Source: an uncultured SAR86 cluster bacterium
GTDB lineage: Bacteria; Pseudomonadota; Gammaproteobacteria; Magnimaribacterales; Magnimaribacteraceae
Reading direction: 5' to 3'
DNA length: 64,000 nucleotides
Assembly (NCBI GenBank): GCA_902532675.1
Contig: CACAIY010000002.1
Location: forward strand, 38,774 to 102,773
The translations under genes were made by a program, and so were the position numbers. Below, piece after piece: positions 24,694 to 35,169 of the stretch; positions within the stretch are counted from its first letter, which is position 1; each line of letters opens with the position of its first letter. Under the pieces are notes generated by a model. That model was not told where the DNA came from. It searched no databases and saw nothing but the letters and a program-made list of their open reading frames with translations.

Positions 24694-25619
24694 GTATATT
24701 AGTAATAGCGGAGCACGATAATACAGAACTAAAGACATCTACATTAAATGCATTAACTGCTGCTTCAGAGATTGGTGGAGACATTGATTTACTTGTAGCT
24801 GGAAGTAATTGCGGATCAGTTACTGAAGCTGCTAAACAAATACCTTGTATTTCTAAAGTTTTACAAGCAGATAAAGCCAGTTACGCCAATGCTCTTGCAG
24901 AAAATCTGGGTAATCTTGTGTCTGAATTAGGAAGAAACTATTCTCATATTTTAGCTCCAGCCACAACAAGTGGTAAGAATTTTATGCCAAGAGTTGCAGC
25001 TTTATTGGATGTATCGCAAATATCGGATATTAGTGCGGTATCATCAGATGATACTTTTGAAAGACCTATTTATGCAGGAAATTGCATTGCAACAGTTAAA
25101 AGTAATGATTCTATAAAAGTAATAACAGTTAGAACCACAGGATTTGACGCTTGTGAATCATCTGGCGGAGATGCTGACCTAGAAGAGTTAGATAATGATA
25201 CTGATCTAGGTGTCTCATCTTTTATAAAAGAGGAGATAGCAGAATCTGACCGACCTGAATTGACTGCAGCAGATGTCGTCATTTCCGGAGGAAGAGGTAT
25301 GCAGAATGGAGACAACTTTAGTCTACTAAACGGGATAGCTGATAAGCTTGGAGCGGCAATTGGAGCCTCTAGAGCAGCTGTAGACTCTGGATTTGTTCCA
25401 AATGATATGCAAGTAGGGCAAACGGGTAAGATAGTTGCACCGGATTTATATATTGCTGTAGGAATTTCAGGTGCTATTCAGCATTTAGCAGGAATGAAGG
25501 ACAGCAAAGTAATCGTAGCAATCAATAAAGATGAAGAAGCGCCTATCTTTCAAGTTGCAGATTACGGCTTAGTAGCCGATTTATTCGATGCTCTTCCTGA
25601 ACTAGAATCTAAACTTTAA
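24690..25619 (+). CDS. etfA: electron transfer flavoprotein alpha subunit
   Basis: 309 aa. C-terminal FAD-binding region ([28 protein letters not shown]). 4-nt overlap with etfB. Confidence 0.95.
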   Translation: MSILVIAEHDNTELKTSTLNALTAASEIGGDIDLLVAGSNCGSVTEAAKQIPCISKVLQADKASYANALAENLGNLVSELGRNYSHILAPATTSGKNFMPRVAALLDVSQISDISAVSSDDTFERPIYAGNCIATVKSNDSIKVITVRTTGFDACESSGGDADLEELDNDTDLGVSSFIKEEIAESDRPELTAADVVISGGRGMQNGDNFSLLNGIADKLGAAIGASRAAVDSGFVPNDMQVGQTGKIVAPDLYIAVGISGAIQHLAGMKDSKVIVAINKDEEAPIFQVADYGLVADLFDALPELESKL

Positions 25620-25628
25620 ATTGTTTTA

Positions 25629-26708
25629 TTATGAAGGCGTTATCCTTTCAAGGATGACGCCAGATTCAATGTGATTGGTATAGGGGAATTGATCAAACAT
25701 TGCGGCTCTCTTAATCTCATGAGTCTTTTTTAAAAGATTAAGATCTCTTTTTAAAGACTCAAAGCCACAAGAAATATAAATGATTTGATCAAATTGAGAA
25801 ATTTTATTGAGAGTTTTTTGATCAATACCTTCTCTTGGTGGGTCCACGAAGATTGTTTTTATATTATATTCTTTTAAATTAATTTGCTTGTTGACGAGTC
25901 TTCTAAATTCTCTTTTTTCTTCGTAAGCATCAAGAGTTTCCTTGCCTGATAGCCTGGCAAATTTAATATTTGTACAGTTGTTAGATTTTATATTTTGTTC
26001 AAGAGCTATAAGACTAGGACGACTATTTTCGGTAGCTATTACATTATTAAACAATCTACTAAGCGGGATGGTGAATGTTCCTATTCCGCAATGCAGTTCA
26101 ATGATATCAGTATCTTTCTTTTCATTGTCTTCTATCCAATTAATCATTTGATCGCATATATCTGGGTTAGTCTGACTAAAGCATTGCTCATATAGCTTTA
26201 GTTTAAATTTTTTGTTTAAAGAAGCGTATTGTTCGGTTACATAGTCTTGTCCAATTATGAGTTTCTGATTCTTACTTCTTCCTATGACAGAACATTTAAG
26301 ATCTTCCTTTAAGGCTTCAATCTTTTTGATCCAATTTTCATCCAATTTTTTGTGATAGATTAAAGATACCATTACCTCATCTAATCTGGAGCTTTGGAAT
26401 TCAATCTGAAATAATTTATTTAACAAAACATCTTCTTTAATTAATTCTTGAAGAAGATTTTTCATCAATTTCTGAATACTTTGTGAACATATTGGATATT
26501 CATTTATCTCTATATGCTTACGGTCTTCAATCATTGAATAGTTAAAACCGTTCTTAAATTCAGCTAATCCAAATTCACATCTATGCCTGAATGAGTGATA
26601 GGACGAAGAATAAATATTTTTTGAAACAACATCATTAAAGTAAGAATTAAATAAATTCTCTTTATCTTGAAGTTGTTTTTTATAATTTTCAGATGAAACT
26701 TTAATCAA
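25629..26708 (-). CDS. trmA: tRNA (uracil54-C5)-methyltransferase
   Basis: 359 aa. SAM-binding ELHCGIGTFT, VDPPREG motif and a catalytic-Cys region (YISCGFESL), as in TrmA/RumA-type m5U methyltransferases. Size is close to E. coli TrmA. Confidence 0.85.
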   Translation of the reverse strand: MIKVSSENYKKQLQDKENLFNSYFNDVVSKNIYSSSYHSFRHRCEFGLAEFKNGFNYSMIEDRKHIEINEYPICSQSIQKLMKNLLQELIKEDVLLNKLFQIEFQSSRLDEVMVSLIYHKKLDENWIKKIEALKEDLKCSVIGRSKNQKLIIGQDYVTEQYASLNKKFKLKLYEQCFSQTNPDICDQMINWIEDNEKKDTDIIELHCGIGTFTIPLSRLFNNVIATENSRPSLIALEQNIKSNNCTNIKFARLSGKETLDAYEEKREFRRLVNKQINLKEYNIKTIFVDPPREGIDQKTLNKISQFDQIIYISCGFESLKRDLNLLKKTHEIKRAAMFDQFPYTNHIESGVILERITPS

Positions 26709-26793
26709 GGTTAAATTTATTATTTTTAAAATAGCTATATTTTACAGAAAAACTTAAAAATTCAATTTAACTTAAATTTGTTAGAATAGGTAT

Positions 26794-27381
26794 ATGGAAG
26801 AGTTAACAATCACAGAATCAGCAGAAAAGTATCTTGATGAACTGTTAGGGTCTCAAGAGAAGGACACTGTCGGTATTAAAATTTTTGTAAGTGAACCAGG
26901 AACGCCTAGAGCTGAAACCTGTATTGCGTATGCAAAAGAAGATGAAAGTCTTGACGATTATTTACTAATTGAGGAACTCAACTTTTCCCTGCTTTTAGAG
27001 AAAAGCTCTCTTGATTTTATTAAAGATGCAGTAGTTGATTATTCCCCAGACAAATTTGGCGGGACATTAACTATTAAAGCTCCGAATGCAAAGCTTCCAC
27101 AGCTAAATGAAAATGCCTCAATTGAAGAAAAAATAAATTATGTGCTTTATTCTGAAATAAACCCTAGTTTAGCTTCGCACGGTGGGGAGGTTTCTTTAGT
27201 AGAAGTTTTAGATAAAGAAACAGCAGTTCTTCAATTTGGAGGAGGTTGCCAAGGATGCGGAATGGTAGACTTAACTCTTAAAGATGGAGTTGAGAAAACA
27301 TTACTTGAGCAGGTTGATGGTCTGAAAGGGGTTATGGACGTAACTGATCACTCTTACCGTGAAAATGCTTATTACAAATAG
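26794..27381 (+). CDS. nfuA: Fe/S cluster biogenesis protein NfuA
   Basis: 195 aa. N-terminal degenerate A-type domain plus C-terminal Nfu domain with the CxxC motif (GGGCQGCGM). Confidence 0.9.
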   Translation: MEELTITESAEKYLDELLGSQEKDTVGIKIFVSEPGTPRAETCIAYAKEDESLDDYLLIEELNFSLLLEKSSLDFIKDAVVDYSPDKFGGTLTIKAPNAKLPQLNENASIEEKINYVLYSEINPSLASHGGEVSLVEVLDKETAVLQFGGGCQGCGMVDLTLKDGVEKTLLEQVDGLKGVMDVTDHSYRENAYYK

Positions 27382-27436
27382 AATTTTCATACTAAGCGAC
27401 ATTAACTGTCGTATCCTCAAGTTAAAATAATAAAAT

Positions 27437-28843
27437 ATGTCTCAATTAAACGCTGATTCTTGTTATATATTCACTGATACTGAAACAACCGGACTAGATA
27501 TTAATTTTTCTCAGATAATTCAAGTAGGATCTATACTTACTGATGAATCTTTAAATCAAGAGAATTCGCAAGATATAGGTAGCAAATTATTACCTTGGGT
27601 TGTGCCTTCACCAGAAGCATTCCTGGTGCATAAAAAAACAGAATGCTTAGAAGAAAATGCAATGTCTCACTATGAGATGATGAAACTACTTAGAAATACT
27701 TGGCTAGACTGGTCTAAAAAAAGAAATGCTGTTTATATAACTTACAATGGACACAGATTTGATGAAGAGCTTTTTCGAAGACAGTTCTATTGGAATCTTT
27801 TACCTCTATACATAACCAATACTTTAGGTGCTTCAAGATTAGACATGATGAGTACGCTGCAGCTGGTAGCAAACTTTTTTCCAGATAGCCTTAAACTACC
27901 TACATTTGAGGAAAATGAAGTTAGCATGAAACTCACTGATTGGTCAGATGCCAACTCCATAGAGATCATAAATGCCCATGATGCTTTAGCCGATTGCGTT
28001 CAAATGCTAGAGCTAAGTAAATTAATTATTAAGAACGCTGCACCAGTATGGAAAGCATCGATAAAAGGTGCTTCGAAGAATGGAAACTTAGAATTATTAC
28101 AATCTCAACCATTTGCAATGATAGGGGAAGTGGTTAGGAGAAAGCGTTTTACTTATCCGGTAACCTTTTGCGGACAAAATCCAAAAATGAACAATGAAGT
28201 TGCAGTGGCGGATTTATATTTTGATCCAGATCAACTAAATGAATTAACCGATTCAGAATTATTAGAGCAAATTGGTAACAGTGGAACTGCAATTAGAAAA
28301 GTTAGAATTAATAAAAGCTTGCCCGTGATGTCATCAGACCAAATACCCAACATAGATACCTTTTTAGATATTCCTTATGATCAATTGGAGGAAAGAGCAA
28401 GAAAGATACAAGAAAACGTTAAACTTCAAACGAGAGTGAGTGAACTGTTGGCTAGTAACCAAATAAACTACCCTCCACCAAAGTACCTAGAACAAAGTGT
28501 CTATTCTGGTTTTCCATCAGATGCTGATGATTTATGGATGGAAAGATTTCATTCCTTGCCTTGGGAAGAGCGCAGCAAACTACTCGATGGTTTTGAAGAT
28601 TCTAGATATAAAGAATTAGCAGAAAGATTAATTTGCTCTCATTCATCTGAACTAGCTTCTCCTGACATGATGTCTAGATACCAAAATTTCCTGAATCAAA
28701 GACTGTATGATAAAGGCCCTTGGTTGTCTTTAGAGAAAAGCCTAGAAAAAACAAAGACTCTATTGTCTGAAGCTTCTGGAGAAGAAAAAGAAATTCTTGA
28801 GAAGCTTGAAAAGAATTTATCAGATAAGAATAGCTTTATTTAA
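27437..28843 (+). CDS. sbcB: exodeoxyribonuclease I
   Basis: 468 aa. DEDDh exonuclease motifs (FTDTETTG; YNGHRFDEE; NAHDALADC) and a long SH3-like/helical C-terminal region collinear with E. coli ExoI. Confidence 0.85.
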   Translation: MSQLNADSCYIFTDTETTGLDINFSQIIQVGSILTDESLNQENSQDIGSKLLPWVVPSPEAFLVHKKTECLEENAMSHYEMMKLLRNTWLDWSKKRNAVYITYNGHRFDEELFRRQFYWNLLPLYITNTLGASRLDMMSTLQLVANFFPDSLKLPTFEENEVSMKLTDWSDANSIEIINAHDALADCVQMLELSKLIIKNAAPVWKASIKGASKNGNLELLQSQPFAMIGEVVRRKRFTYPVTFCGQNPKMNNEVAVADLYFDPDQLNELTDSELLEQIGNSGTAIRKVRINKSLPVMSSDQIPNIDTFLDIPYDQLEERARKIQENVKLQTRVSELLASNQINYPPPKYLEQSVYSGFPSDADDLWMERFHSLPWEERSKLLDGFEDSRYKELAERLICSHSSELASPDMMSRYQNFLNQRLYDKGPWLSLEKSLEKTKTLLSEASGEEKEILEKLEKNLSDKNSFI

Positions 28844-29798
28844 TCTGTAAAGCAGAAATCCTAACAATGATCCCAAAATAAGGGTGATCGATAAAGTGAT
28901 ATTTATTCTCTTCTATCTTTATTTCTTGGTTAATTTCATATAGATCATTGTATTTAAATGCCAATGATTCTTGTGGTCTTAAATCTAAAGGTGAGTCATT
29001 TATTTCACTTTTTAAAATCCATTTAGAAAAATCACCAATATTTACTCTTACATTATTAAATATAGTCTCCATCCAATAATTATTATTTGGAACTTCTTCT
29101 TTTTCTTTTTCTTTAGATTTTTCTTTTAACAAATCATTAAAGTTAATGGTTTTAATTACAACTGATTCAGAAGATGGAGAGTCAGTTTTTTCACTTAATC
29201 TTAGTTTTGCATCAAAATGAATATATCTATCTTTATAAATTAGAACTTCTCCATAAGCTTTCATTTGATCTTTAGAATTTTCAATATAAAGAAAGGTAGA
29301 TTTGTCTTTCTCTACTAGAGGTTGATACCAAGAAATTGAATGTAAAACCTTATAATCTTTATTCTTATTTAATTTCTTTTTTACTTCTTCAAATTCTGTT
29401 TCATAAAGAATTCTTTCAAAAAGATTAAATCTTAGTTTAGTAGGCTCCGCTTCTGTTAATTCTTCTTCGCTTTCTGTGTTTTCTTCTATTAAGTTTTCTA
29501 TTTTTAATGAAATTAAATTAATATGATTTTTTTCTTTAAAGACGGGCTTTTCTACCAATAGGGTAGGCTGATCTTTAATAATAAATAGCTCTTGACTGAG
29601 ATTTAATGGCTCTAGTGTTTTCCATTTTTCTTTTAAATCAGCATCTTCTATGAATTCATTCTTAAAAATTAAAAGGTCTATTTTATATATTTCTCCATAC
29701 CCACTCTTATTTATATAACTATCTATAAAATCATTAGGCGTAACAGTCGCGTATACAGGAATAGACAGTATAAGGAGAAGAAATTTTTTAATTACCAT
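28836..29798 (-). CDS. secreted hypothetical protein, possibly CsiV family (assignment by synteny next to mfd)
   Basis: 320 aa with an N-terminal signal peptide and a Lys/Glu-rich linker. The gene downstream of mfd in Vibrio and Pseudomonas encodes the periplasmic CsiV-type protein. Family membership was not verified from motifs. Confidence 0.4.
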   Translation of the reverse strand: MVIKKFLLLILSIPVYATVTPNDFIDSYINKSGYGEIYKIDLLIFKNEFIEDADLKEKWKTLEPLNLSQELFIIKDQPTLLVEKPVFKEKNHINLISLKIENLIEENTESEEELTEAEPTKLRFNLFERILYETEFEEVKKKLNKNKDYKVLHSISWYQPLVEKDKSTFLYIENSKDQMKAYGEVLIYKDRYIHFDAKLRLSEKTDSPSSESVVIKTINFNDLLKEKSKEKEKEEVPNNNYWMETIFNNVRVNIGDFSKWILKSEINDSPLDLRPQESLAFKYNDLYEINQEIKIEENKYHFIDHPYFGIIVRISALQIK

Positions 29799-32751
29799 TT
29801 TGGCTAATTACTTTAATTACATCTTTTGTCATATTTATCTTAGATTCTATATCTTCAGCATTAATAAGGGAGGTATTTAGATCAGCATTTTTAAAAAAGA
29901 TATTGATCTTATCTTTATTAAAGTTGATCTTAGTTATCAAGTTTTCTTCACTTAACAATCTAAGCTCTGCTTGATAAAAAAAATTCTTAATTTCAATGGG
30001 TAATAAGCCAAAACGGTTAATCATCTCTACTTGTATTTTTCTTAGATCTTCTTCAGAACTTGCTAATGTGATCCTGTTATACATTAAAAGTCTTACATTG
30101 ATATCTGGGAGATATTCTTCAGGGATTAAACAGCTTTCATTAATATTTACTTCCGGCAATTCATCTAGGTTATGGAAATCAAGATCTCCATTTTTTATAA
30201 AGTCTGCAGCCCTCTTTATCATTCTCGTATATAAATCTAGACCTATTGAATCAAAAACACCACTCTGATTAGAGCCTAGAATTTCACCTGCTCCTCTTAT
30301 TTCAAGATCTTTTAAAGCTAATAAGAATCCTGCTGACAATGAATCTGTTTCTTGCAGAGCTTCTAGTCTTTTATCTGCAGATTTCTTTGAAATTATATGC
30401 CTTGCCCTCAAAAAGTAAGAATAAGCCTGTTTATTGCTTCTACCAATTCTACCTCTTAACTGATGCAACTGCGCTAGACCTAATTTATCTGCTTCTTCGA
30501 CAATTAGAGTGTTAGCGTTAGGTACATCGATCCCACTTTCAATTATTGTTGAACAAACTAAAATATCTATTGCGTTGGCATGAAAAGAAACCATTCTCTC
30601 TTCTATTTCTTTACTGTTAAGTTGTCCATGGACGACTTCAATTTTTAAATTAGGAAATCTAGATTTTAATCTTTGCTTTCTATCTTCTATTAACCTCAAG
30701 TCATTACAAAGATAATAGGTTTGACCATTTCTTAAACTTTCTCTTTGTATGGCTTCGTTAATTAGATTTTCATTAAATGAATATACGAAAGTTTTTACAG
30801 GTAAACGGTCATCTGGAGCAGTGGCTATAATTGAAAGATCTTTTAATTCAGTTAGAGCAAAATTTAAGGATCTAGGTATGGGTGTTGCTGAAAGGCTTAT
30901 TATTTCTACTTCTTCTTTTAAAGATTTTATTTTTTCTTTTTGACGCACTCCAAATCTATGCTCTTCATCTATAACCAGAAGACCTAAATCGTTAAACTTA
31001 ACATTATTTTGTAAAACTGCATGCGTGCCTATAAGGATATCGATTTTTCCTTCATTTAGTTTAAGCAGAAGTTTATCTTTTTGTTTGTTTTTAATATTTC
31101 TTGAAAGGACTCCTATTTCAACCCCAGTATTTTCAAATCTATCGATAAAACTTGAGAAGTGTTGACTTGCTAATAAGGTTGTTGGAACTAAAACACAGGT
31201 TTGTTTTTTATTAAAAGTAGCAATAAAAGCTGCTCTCATAATAACTTCAGTCTTACCGAAACCAACTTCTCCACATATTAATCTATCCATAGGGACAGGC
31301 TTTTGCATATCAATAATTACCTCATCAATTGTTTTTTTCTGATCAAATGTTTCTTGATAAGGGAATTTTGAACAAAATGCTTGATATTCTTTAATAGGAA
31401 CTTCGTAAGAAAAGCCTTGTCTGCTTGATCGTTTAGCTTGAACTTGCAATAGCTCTGCAGCCGTATCAAAAGTTTGCTTTAATGCTTTATCTTTTCTAGC
31501 AACCCATCTTTTTGATCCTAAAACATCAATAGACCTATCCTTCGGACCAAAATATTTAGAAACTAAGTTCATGTGTTCTATTGGAACGTAAACTTTACTG
31601 TTATTAGCGTATTCAATCTCAAGACAGTCTGTTGTTCCTATAGACGTATCTATATGTTTCAACCCATTAAAGATTCCTATTCCATGCGTTAAATGCACCA
31701 CTAAATCATTCTTCGTAGGCATATTTTGTAAACTCAGGTCGCTTTTTTCATTTCTCTCTTTTATTTCTTTCTCTATAGGCTCGATTTTTAAACTTTTATC
31801 TAACTTAAAGTGGTGTATCTTTCTATCTTTAATATGATCAAGAAAATCTTCGTATTCAATGAATAAATCGTCTGGAGACAAAAGAGGTCTTTTTTGATCA
31901 TATCTATATTCTTCATACCGTTCATTTATTAACTCTTCAAAAATTTTAACTTCTTCAGAAACCTCTTCTTGTATATGAATTGTTTTCATATTTTTTATAA
32001 AACTTAAAAGGCTAGTTTTATGTCCATAAAATAAAGGCAGATATATCTCAACTCCTTCTGCAGGCCTTGAATTTATAATTTTGTTAAAAATTTCTGAATC
32101 ACCTTCAAAAACATTAAATTTATTTCTCCAATTATTCTGGAAATTAATTGCACTTTTTTCGTTGAGTGGATATTCAAAAGAGGGAAGGTGGTTAATAGAT
32201 TGAATCTGTTCATTAGCAATCTGCGATTGAGGATCAAATGTACGTAAGCTTTCTATATCGTTTCCAAAAAATTCAATTCTTATAGGATCTTTTTCGCTTG
32301 TTAAAAAAATATCTAAAATTGAACCTCTCAAAGCATATTCCCCAGGAACAGAAGCAAAGTCTGATCTTGAATATCCATTATCACCTAGAAGATTTAATAA
32401 ATTTTCTAGGTATAACTTATCACCAACTTTCATATTGTTGACAGGCATGACATGACTTATATCTGGACAAGGAGATAATAGCGTTTGTACCGACACAATA
32501 AGATTAATATCTAATTGTTTAGTTAATTCAGAAAAGCAATTTAATCTACTAGCTCTAGTTACAGGAGAAGAAGAAAAAAAGTCGTAAGGTAATAGTTCCG
32601 AACCTTCAAGAAATAAGCAATGAAATTTATCTTTAAGTTCTTCAAATAATAATTTTGCTGATTCAGTATCTTTGGCAATTAATAGATTTTGTTTAGGCGA
32701 GCTTAAACCCAGATTTTTTAAATCCGTAAGGGTGTTAAGTTTTTTTGTCAC
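29788..32751 (-). CDS. mfd: transcription-repair coupling factor (compact form, 987 aa)
   Basis: RNAP-interaction domain (VVHLTHGIGIFNGL ... KVYVPIEHMNLVSKY). SF2 translocase motifs (GEVGFGKTEV, DEEHRFG, SATPIPR, LHQLRGRIGR). TRG region. Confidence 0.95.
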   Translation of the reverse strand: MTKKLNTLTDLKNLGLSSPKQNLLIAKDTESAKLLFEELKDKFHCLFLEGSELLPYDFFSSSPVTRASRLNCFSELTKQLDINLIVSVQTLLSPCPDISHVMPVNNMKVGDKLYLENLLNLLGDNGYSRSDFASVPGEYALRGSILDIFLTSEKDPIRIEFFGNDIESLRTFDPQSQIANEQIQSINHLPSFEYPLNEKSAINFQNNWRNKFNVFEGDSEIFNKIINSRPAEGVEIYLPLFYGHKTSLLSFIKNMKTIHIQEEVSEEVKIFEELINERYEEYRYDQKRPLLSPDDLFIEYEDFLDHIKDRKIHHFKLDKSLKIEPIEKEIKERNEKSDLSLQNMPTKNDLVVHLTHGIGIFNGLKHIDTSIGTTDCLEIEYANNSKVYVPIEHMNLVSKYFGPKDRSIDVLGSKRWVARKDKALKQTFDTAAELLQVQAKRSSRQGFSYEVPIKEYQAFCSKFPYQETFDQKKTIDEVIIDMQKPVPMDRLICGEVGFGKTEVIMRAAFIATFNKKQTCVLVPTTLLASQHFSSFIDRFENTGVEIGVLSRNIKNKQKDKLLLKLNEGKIDILIGTHAVLQNNVKFNDLGLLVIDEEHRFGVRQKEKIKSLKEEVEIISLSATPIPRSLNFALTELKDLSIIATAPDDRLPVKTFVYSFNENLINEAIQRESLRNGQTYYLCNDLRLIEDRKQRLKSRFPNLKIEVVHGQLNSKEIEERMVSFHANAIDILVCSTIIESGIDVPNANTLIVEEADKLGLAQLHQLRGRIGRSNKQAYSYFLRARHIISKKSADKRLEALQETDSLSAGFLLALKDLEIRGAGEILGSNQSGVFDSIGLDLYTRMIKRAADFIKNGDLDFHNLDELPEVNINESCLIPEEYLPDINVRLLMYNRITLASSEEDLRKIQVEMINRFGLLPIEIKNFFYQAELRLLSEENLITKINFNKDKINIFFKNADLNTSLINAEDIESKINMTKDVIKVISQNGN

Positions 32752-32840
32752 TAGTTTTAAAGCTTATATTAGTAATCAAAAAATGAAAATTATATAGGTA
32801 AGTGTATAATTATTTTTTTTTAATTTTAGGTTATGCAAAA

Positions 32841-34034
32841 ATGGACTTAACTTTTTCAGATTCTGATCTCTCTTTTAGGAAAGAGGTGATTACCTTTCTT
32901 GATAATGAATATCCTGCTGATATAAAAGAAAAACAGGACAAGAGAATACCTTTAGAGAAAGAAGAGATAGTAAGATGGCAGAAAATCCTTCATAACAAGG
33001 GATGGTTTGCTATTAACTGGCCAACTGAATTTTCAGGCTACAAAGAACTTTCAGTTACAGAAAAATATATACTTCAAGAAGAATTAGCTAAAGCTAACAC
33101 TCCTACCACTATCCCATTCGGGATGGGCATGTGTGCTCCTGTTATTTATAGTTTTGGCACTGAAGATCAAAAACAAAAACACTTACCTTCTATACTTAAT
33201 AGTGATATTTGGTGGTGTCAGGGATATTCTGAACCTGGTTCTGGTTCTGACCTAGCATCTTTAAAAACTAAAGCAGAACTAGTTGATGATAAGTATATTG
33301 TTAATGGAACAAAAACTTGGACTACTTTAGCGCAGCATGCCGATTGGATTTTTTGTTTAGTAAGAACTGAAACAACACCTATTAAACAAGAAGGTATAAG
33401 TTTTTTATTAATAGATATGGCAACGTCAGGAATTGAAGTTAAACCTATCATAACAATCGATGGATCTCACGAAGTGAATATGGTTTATTTGGATAATGTT
33501 GAAGTTCCAAAAGAAAACTTAATTGGAGAAGAGGGGCAAGGCTGGAATATTGCTAAGTTCTTGCTTGCGCATGAAAGAAGTGGAATAGCCGGTATAGCGG
33601 CTCTAAAAAGAGAGCTTAAAAGACTTAAAGAGTTGTCTTCAGAAATACCTTTAGGTGAGGGCACTTTATTAGAAGACTCGCAATTTAGAACTAAGATTGA
33701 AGAGACAGAGATTGAATTAACAGCTACCGAATTTACTGAACTTAGAACTTTAGCTGCAATGTCTCAAGGCGGCTCTCCTGGAGCAGAGTCATCAATTCTT
33801 AAAATTAAAGGAACTGAATTACAACAAACAATATCTGAATTATTTGTTGAGATGCTTGGTTATTATGCCCATCCTTTTTATCTTGAGAATGAAATAGGTT
33901 CTAATGAAACAGTAGGTCCGGATTACGCTGCTCCTGTAATGCCTCATTACTTAAATTATAGAAAAGTGAGTATTTATGGAGGTAGTAATGAAATTCAACG
34001 TAACGTTATATCAAAAGCAATTTTAGGACTTTAA
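32841..34034 (+). CDS. acyl-CoA dehydrogenase family protein (subunit 1 of a tandem pair)
   Basis: The start is taken at ATG 32841 (MDLTFSD). The track ORF begins at an upstream GTG at 32802. ACAD N, M and C domains are present. There is Gly at the MCAD-type catalytic position (IYGGSNEIQ) but an IVD/LCAD-type Glu in LLAHERSGIAG. Confidence 0.9.
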   Translation: MDLTFSDSDLSFRKEVITFLDNEYPADIKEKQDKRIPLEKEEIVRWQKILHNKGWFAINWPTEFSGYKELSVTEKYILQEELAKANTPTTIPFGMGMCAPVIYSFGTEDQKQKHLPSILNSDIWWCQGYSEPGSGSDLASLKTKAELVDDKYIVNGTKTWTTLAQHADWIFCLVRTETTPIKQEGISFLLIDMATSGIEVKPIITIDGSHEVNMVYLDNVEVPKENLIGEEGQGWNIAKFLLAHERSGIAGIAALKRELKRLKELSSEIPLGEGTLLEDSQFRTKIEETEIELTATEFTELRTLAAMSQGGSPGAESSILKIKGTELQQTISELFVEMLGYYAHPFYLENEIGSNETVGPDYAAPVMPHYLNYRKVSIYGGSNEIQRNVISKAILGL

Positions 34035-34037
34035 ATT

Positions 34038-35165
34038 ATGGATTTTACTTTTAATGAAGAACAAACAATGATCCAGGATCAAGTTGAACAATTCGTTCAA
34101 AAGGAATATGACTGGGAAACAAGGCAGGAGTTGTCGAACTCTGACTTAGGATTTGGAGCTGATAACTGGAAAACCTTTGCTGAACTTGGCTGGTTAGGCA
34201 TAGCCATATCGGAAGATAATGGTGGTTTTGGTGGTTCTTCAATAGAAACAATGCTTATCATGGAAGAATTTGGTAAAGGTCTAGTGGTTGAACCTTTTCT
34301 AGAAACAATAGTCATGTCTTCAGGACTTTTAGATCAACACGGAACGGATGAACAAAAAAGTGAAGTTATTGGATCTGTAATAAACGGAGAAATGCATTTG
34401 GCATTAGCTTATGCTGAACCGCAAAGTAGATTTAATCTCTCTGATGTTGTTACGGAAGCAAAGGTAGATAACGATAACTTTATAATTAATGGGTTTAAGT
34501 CCGTTGTTATGAATGGACCGTCCGCCAATAAGTTCATTATTTCTGCACGCACCTCAGGCAAACAACTTGAAAAGAAAGGAATTTCATTGTTTTTAGTTGA
34601 CTCTGATATAACCGGTTTAACTAAAGCTGATTATAAAACTGTTGATGGAAGAAAGGCTTCTGATTTAAGTTTAGAAAATGTATCTGTTCCAAGTGAATGT
34701 TTAATCGGTGCTATGGACGAAGGTTTTAATATTCTAGATGAATCAATAGATAGATCTATTTTAGCGATATCAGCTGAAGCTGTTGGTGCTATGGAGGTTT
34801 TATATAAGACAACGGTTGAGTACACAAAAACAAGAGAGCAGTTTGGAACTCCTATCGGGAAATTCCAAGTTCTTCAACATAGAATGGTAGATATGTTCAT
34901 GGAATATGAACAATGCAAATCACTTTTATACATGGCCACTATGAAAAATGAAGAAGGAGCTCCTGATGCTAAAAAAGCTATTTCAGGTCTTAAATATCAA
35001 GTCGGTAAAGCAGGAAAATTTGTTGGCCAACAAGCCGTTCAGTTACATGGAGGTATGGGTGTAACTGATGAGTTAAATGTAGGTCATTACTTTAAGAGGT
35101 TAACCACAATTGGAACAATCTTTGGTAATGCAGACTACCATTTAAAACAATATACTTCTTTATAA
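34038..35165 (+). CDS. acyl-CoA dehydrogenase family protein (subunit 2 of a tandem pair; no Glu at either catalytic-base position)
   Basis: 375 aa, ACAD fold. C-terminal TIFGNADYH replaces I-Y-E-G-T-x-E-I, and SIDRSILA stands where the IVD type has LER. Starts 3 nt after the previous ACAD. Confidence 0.9.
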   Translation: MDFTFNEEQTMIQDQVEQFVQKEYDWETRQELSNSDLGFGADNWKTFAELGWLGIAISEDNGGFGGSSIETMLIMEEFGKGLVVEPFLETIVMSSGLLDQHGTDEQKSEVIGSVINGEMHLALAYAEPQSRFNLSDVVTEAKVDNDNFIINGFKSVVMNGPSANKFIISARTSGKQLEKKGISLFLVDSDITGLTKADYKTVDGRKASDLSLENVSVPSECLIGAMDEGFNILDESIDRSILAISAEAVGAMEVLYKTTVEYTKTREQFGTPIGKFQVLQHRMVDMFMEYEQCKSLLYMATMKNEEGAPDAKKAISGLKYQVGKAGKFVGQQAVQLHGGMGVTDELNVGHYFKRLTTIGTIFGNADYHLKQYTSL

Positions 35166-35169
35166 AGAT

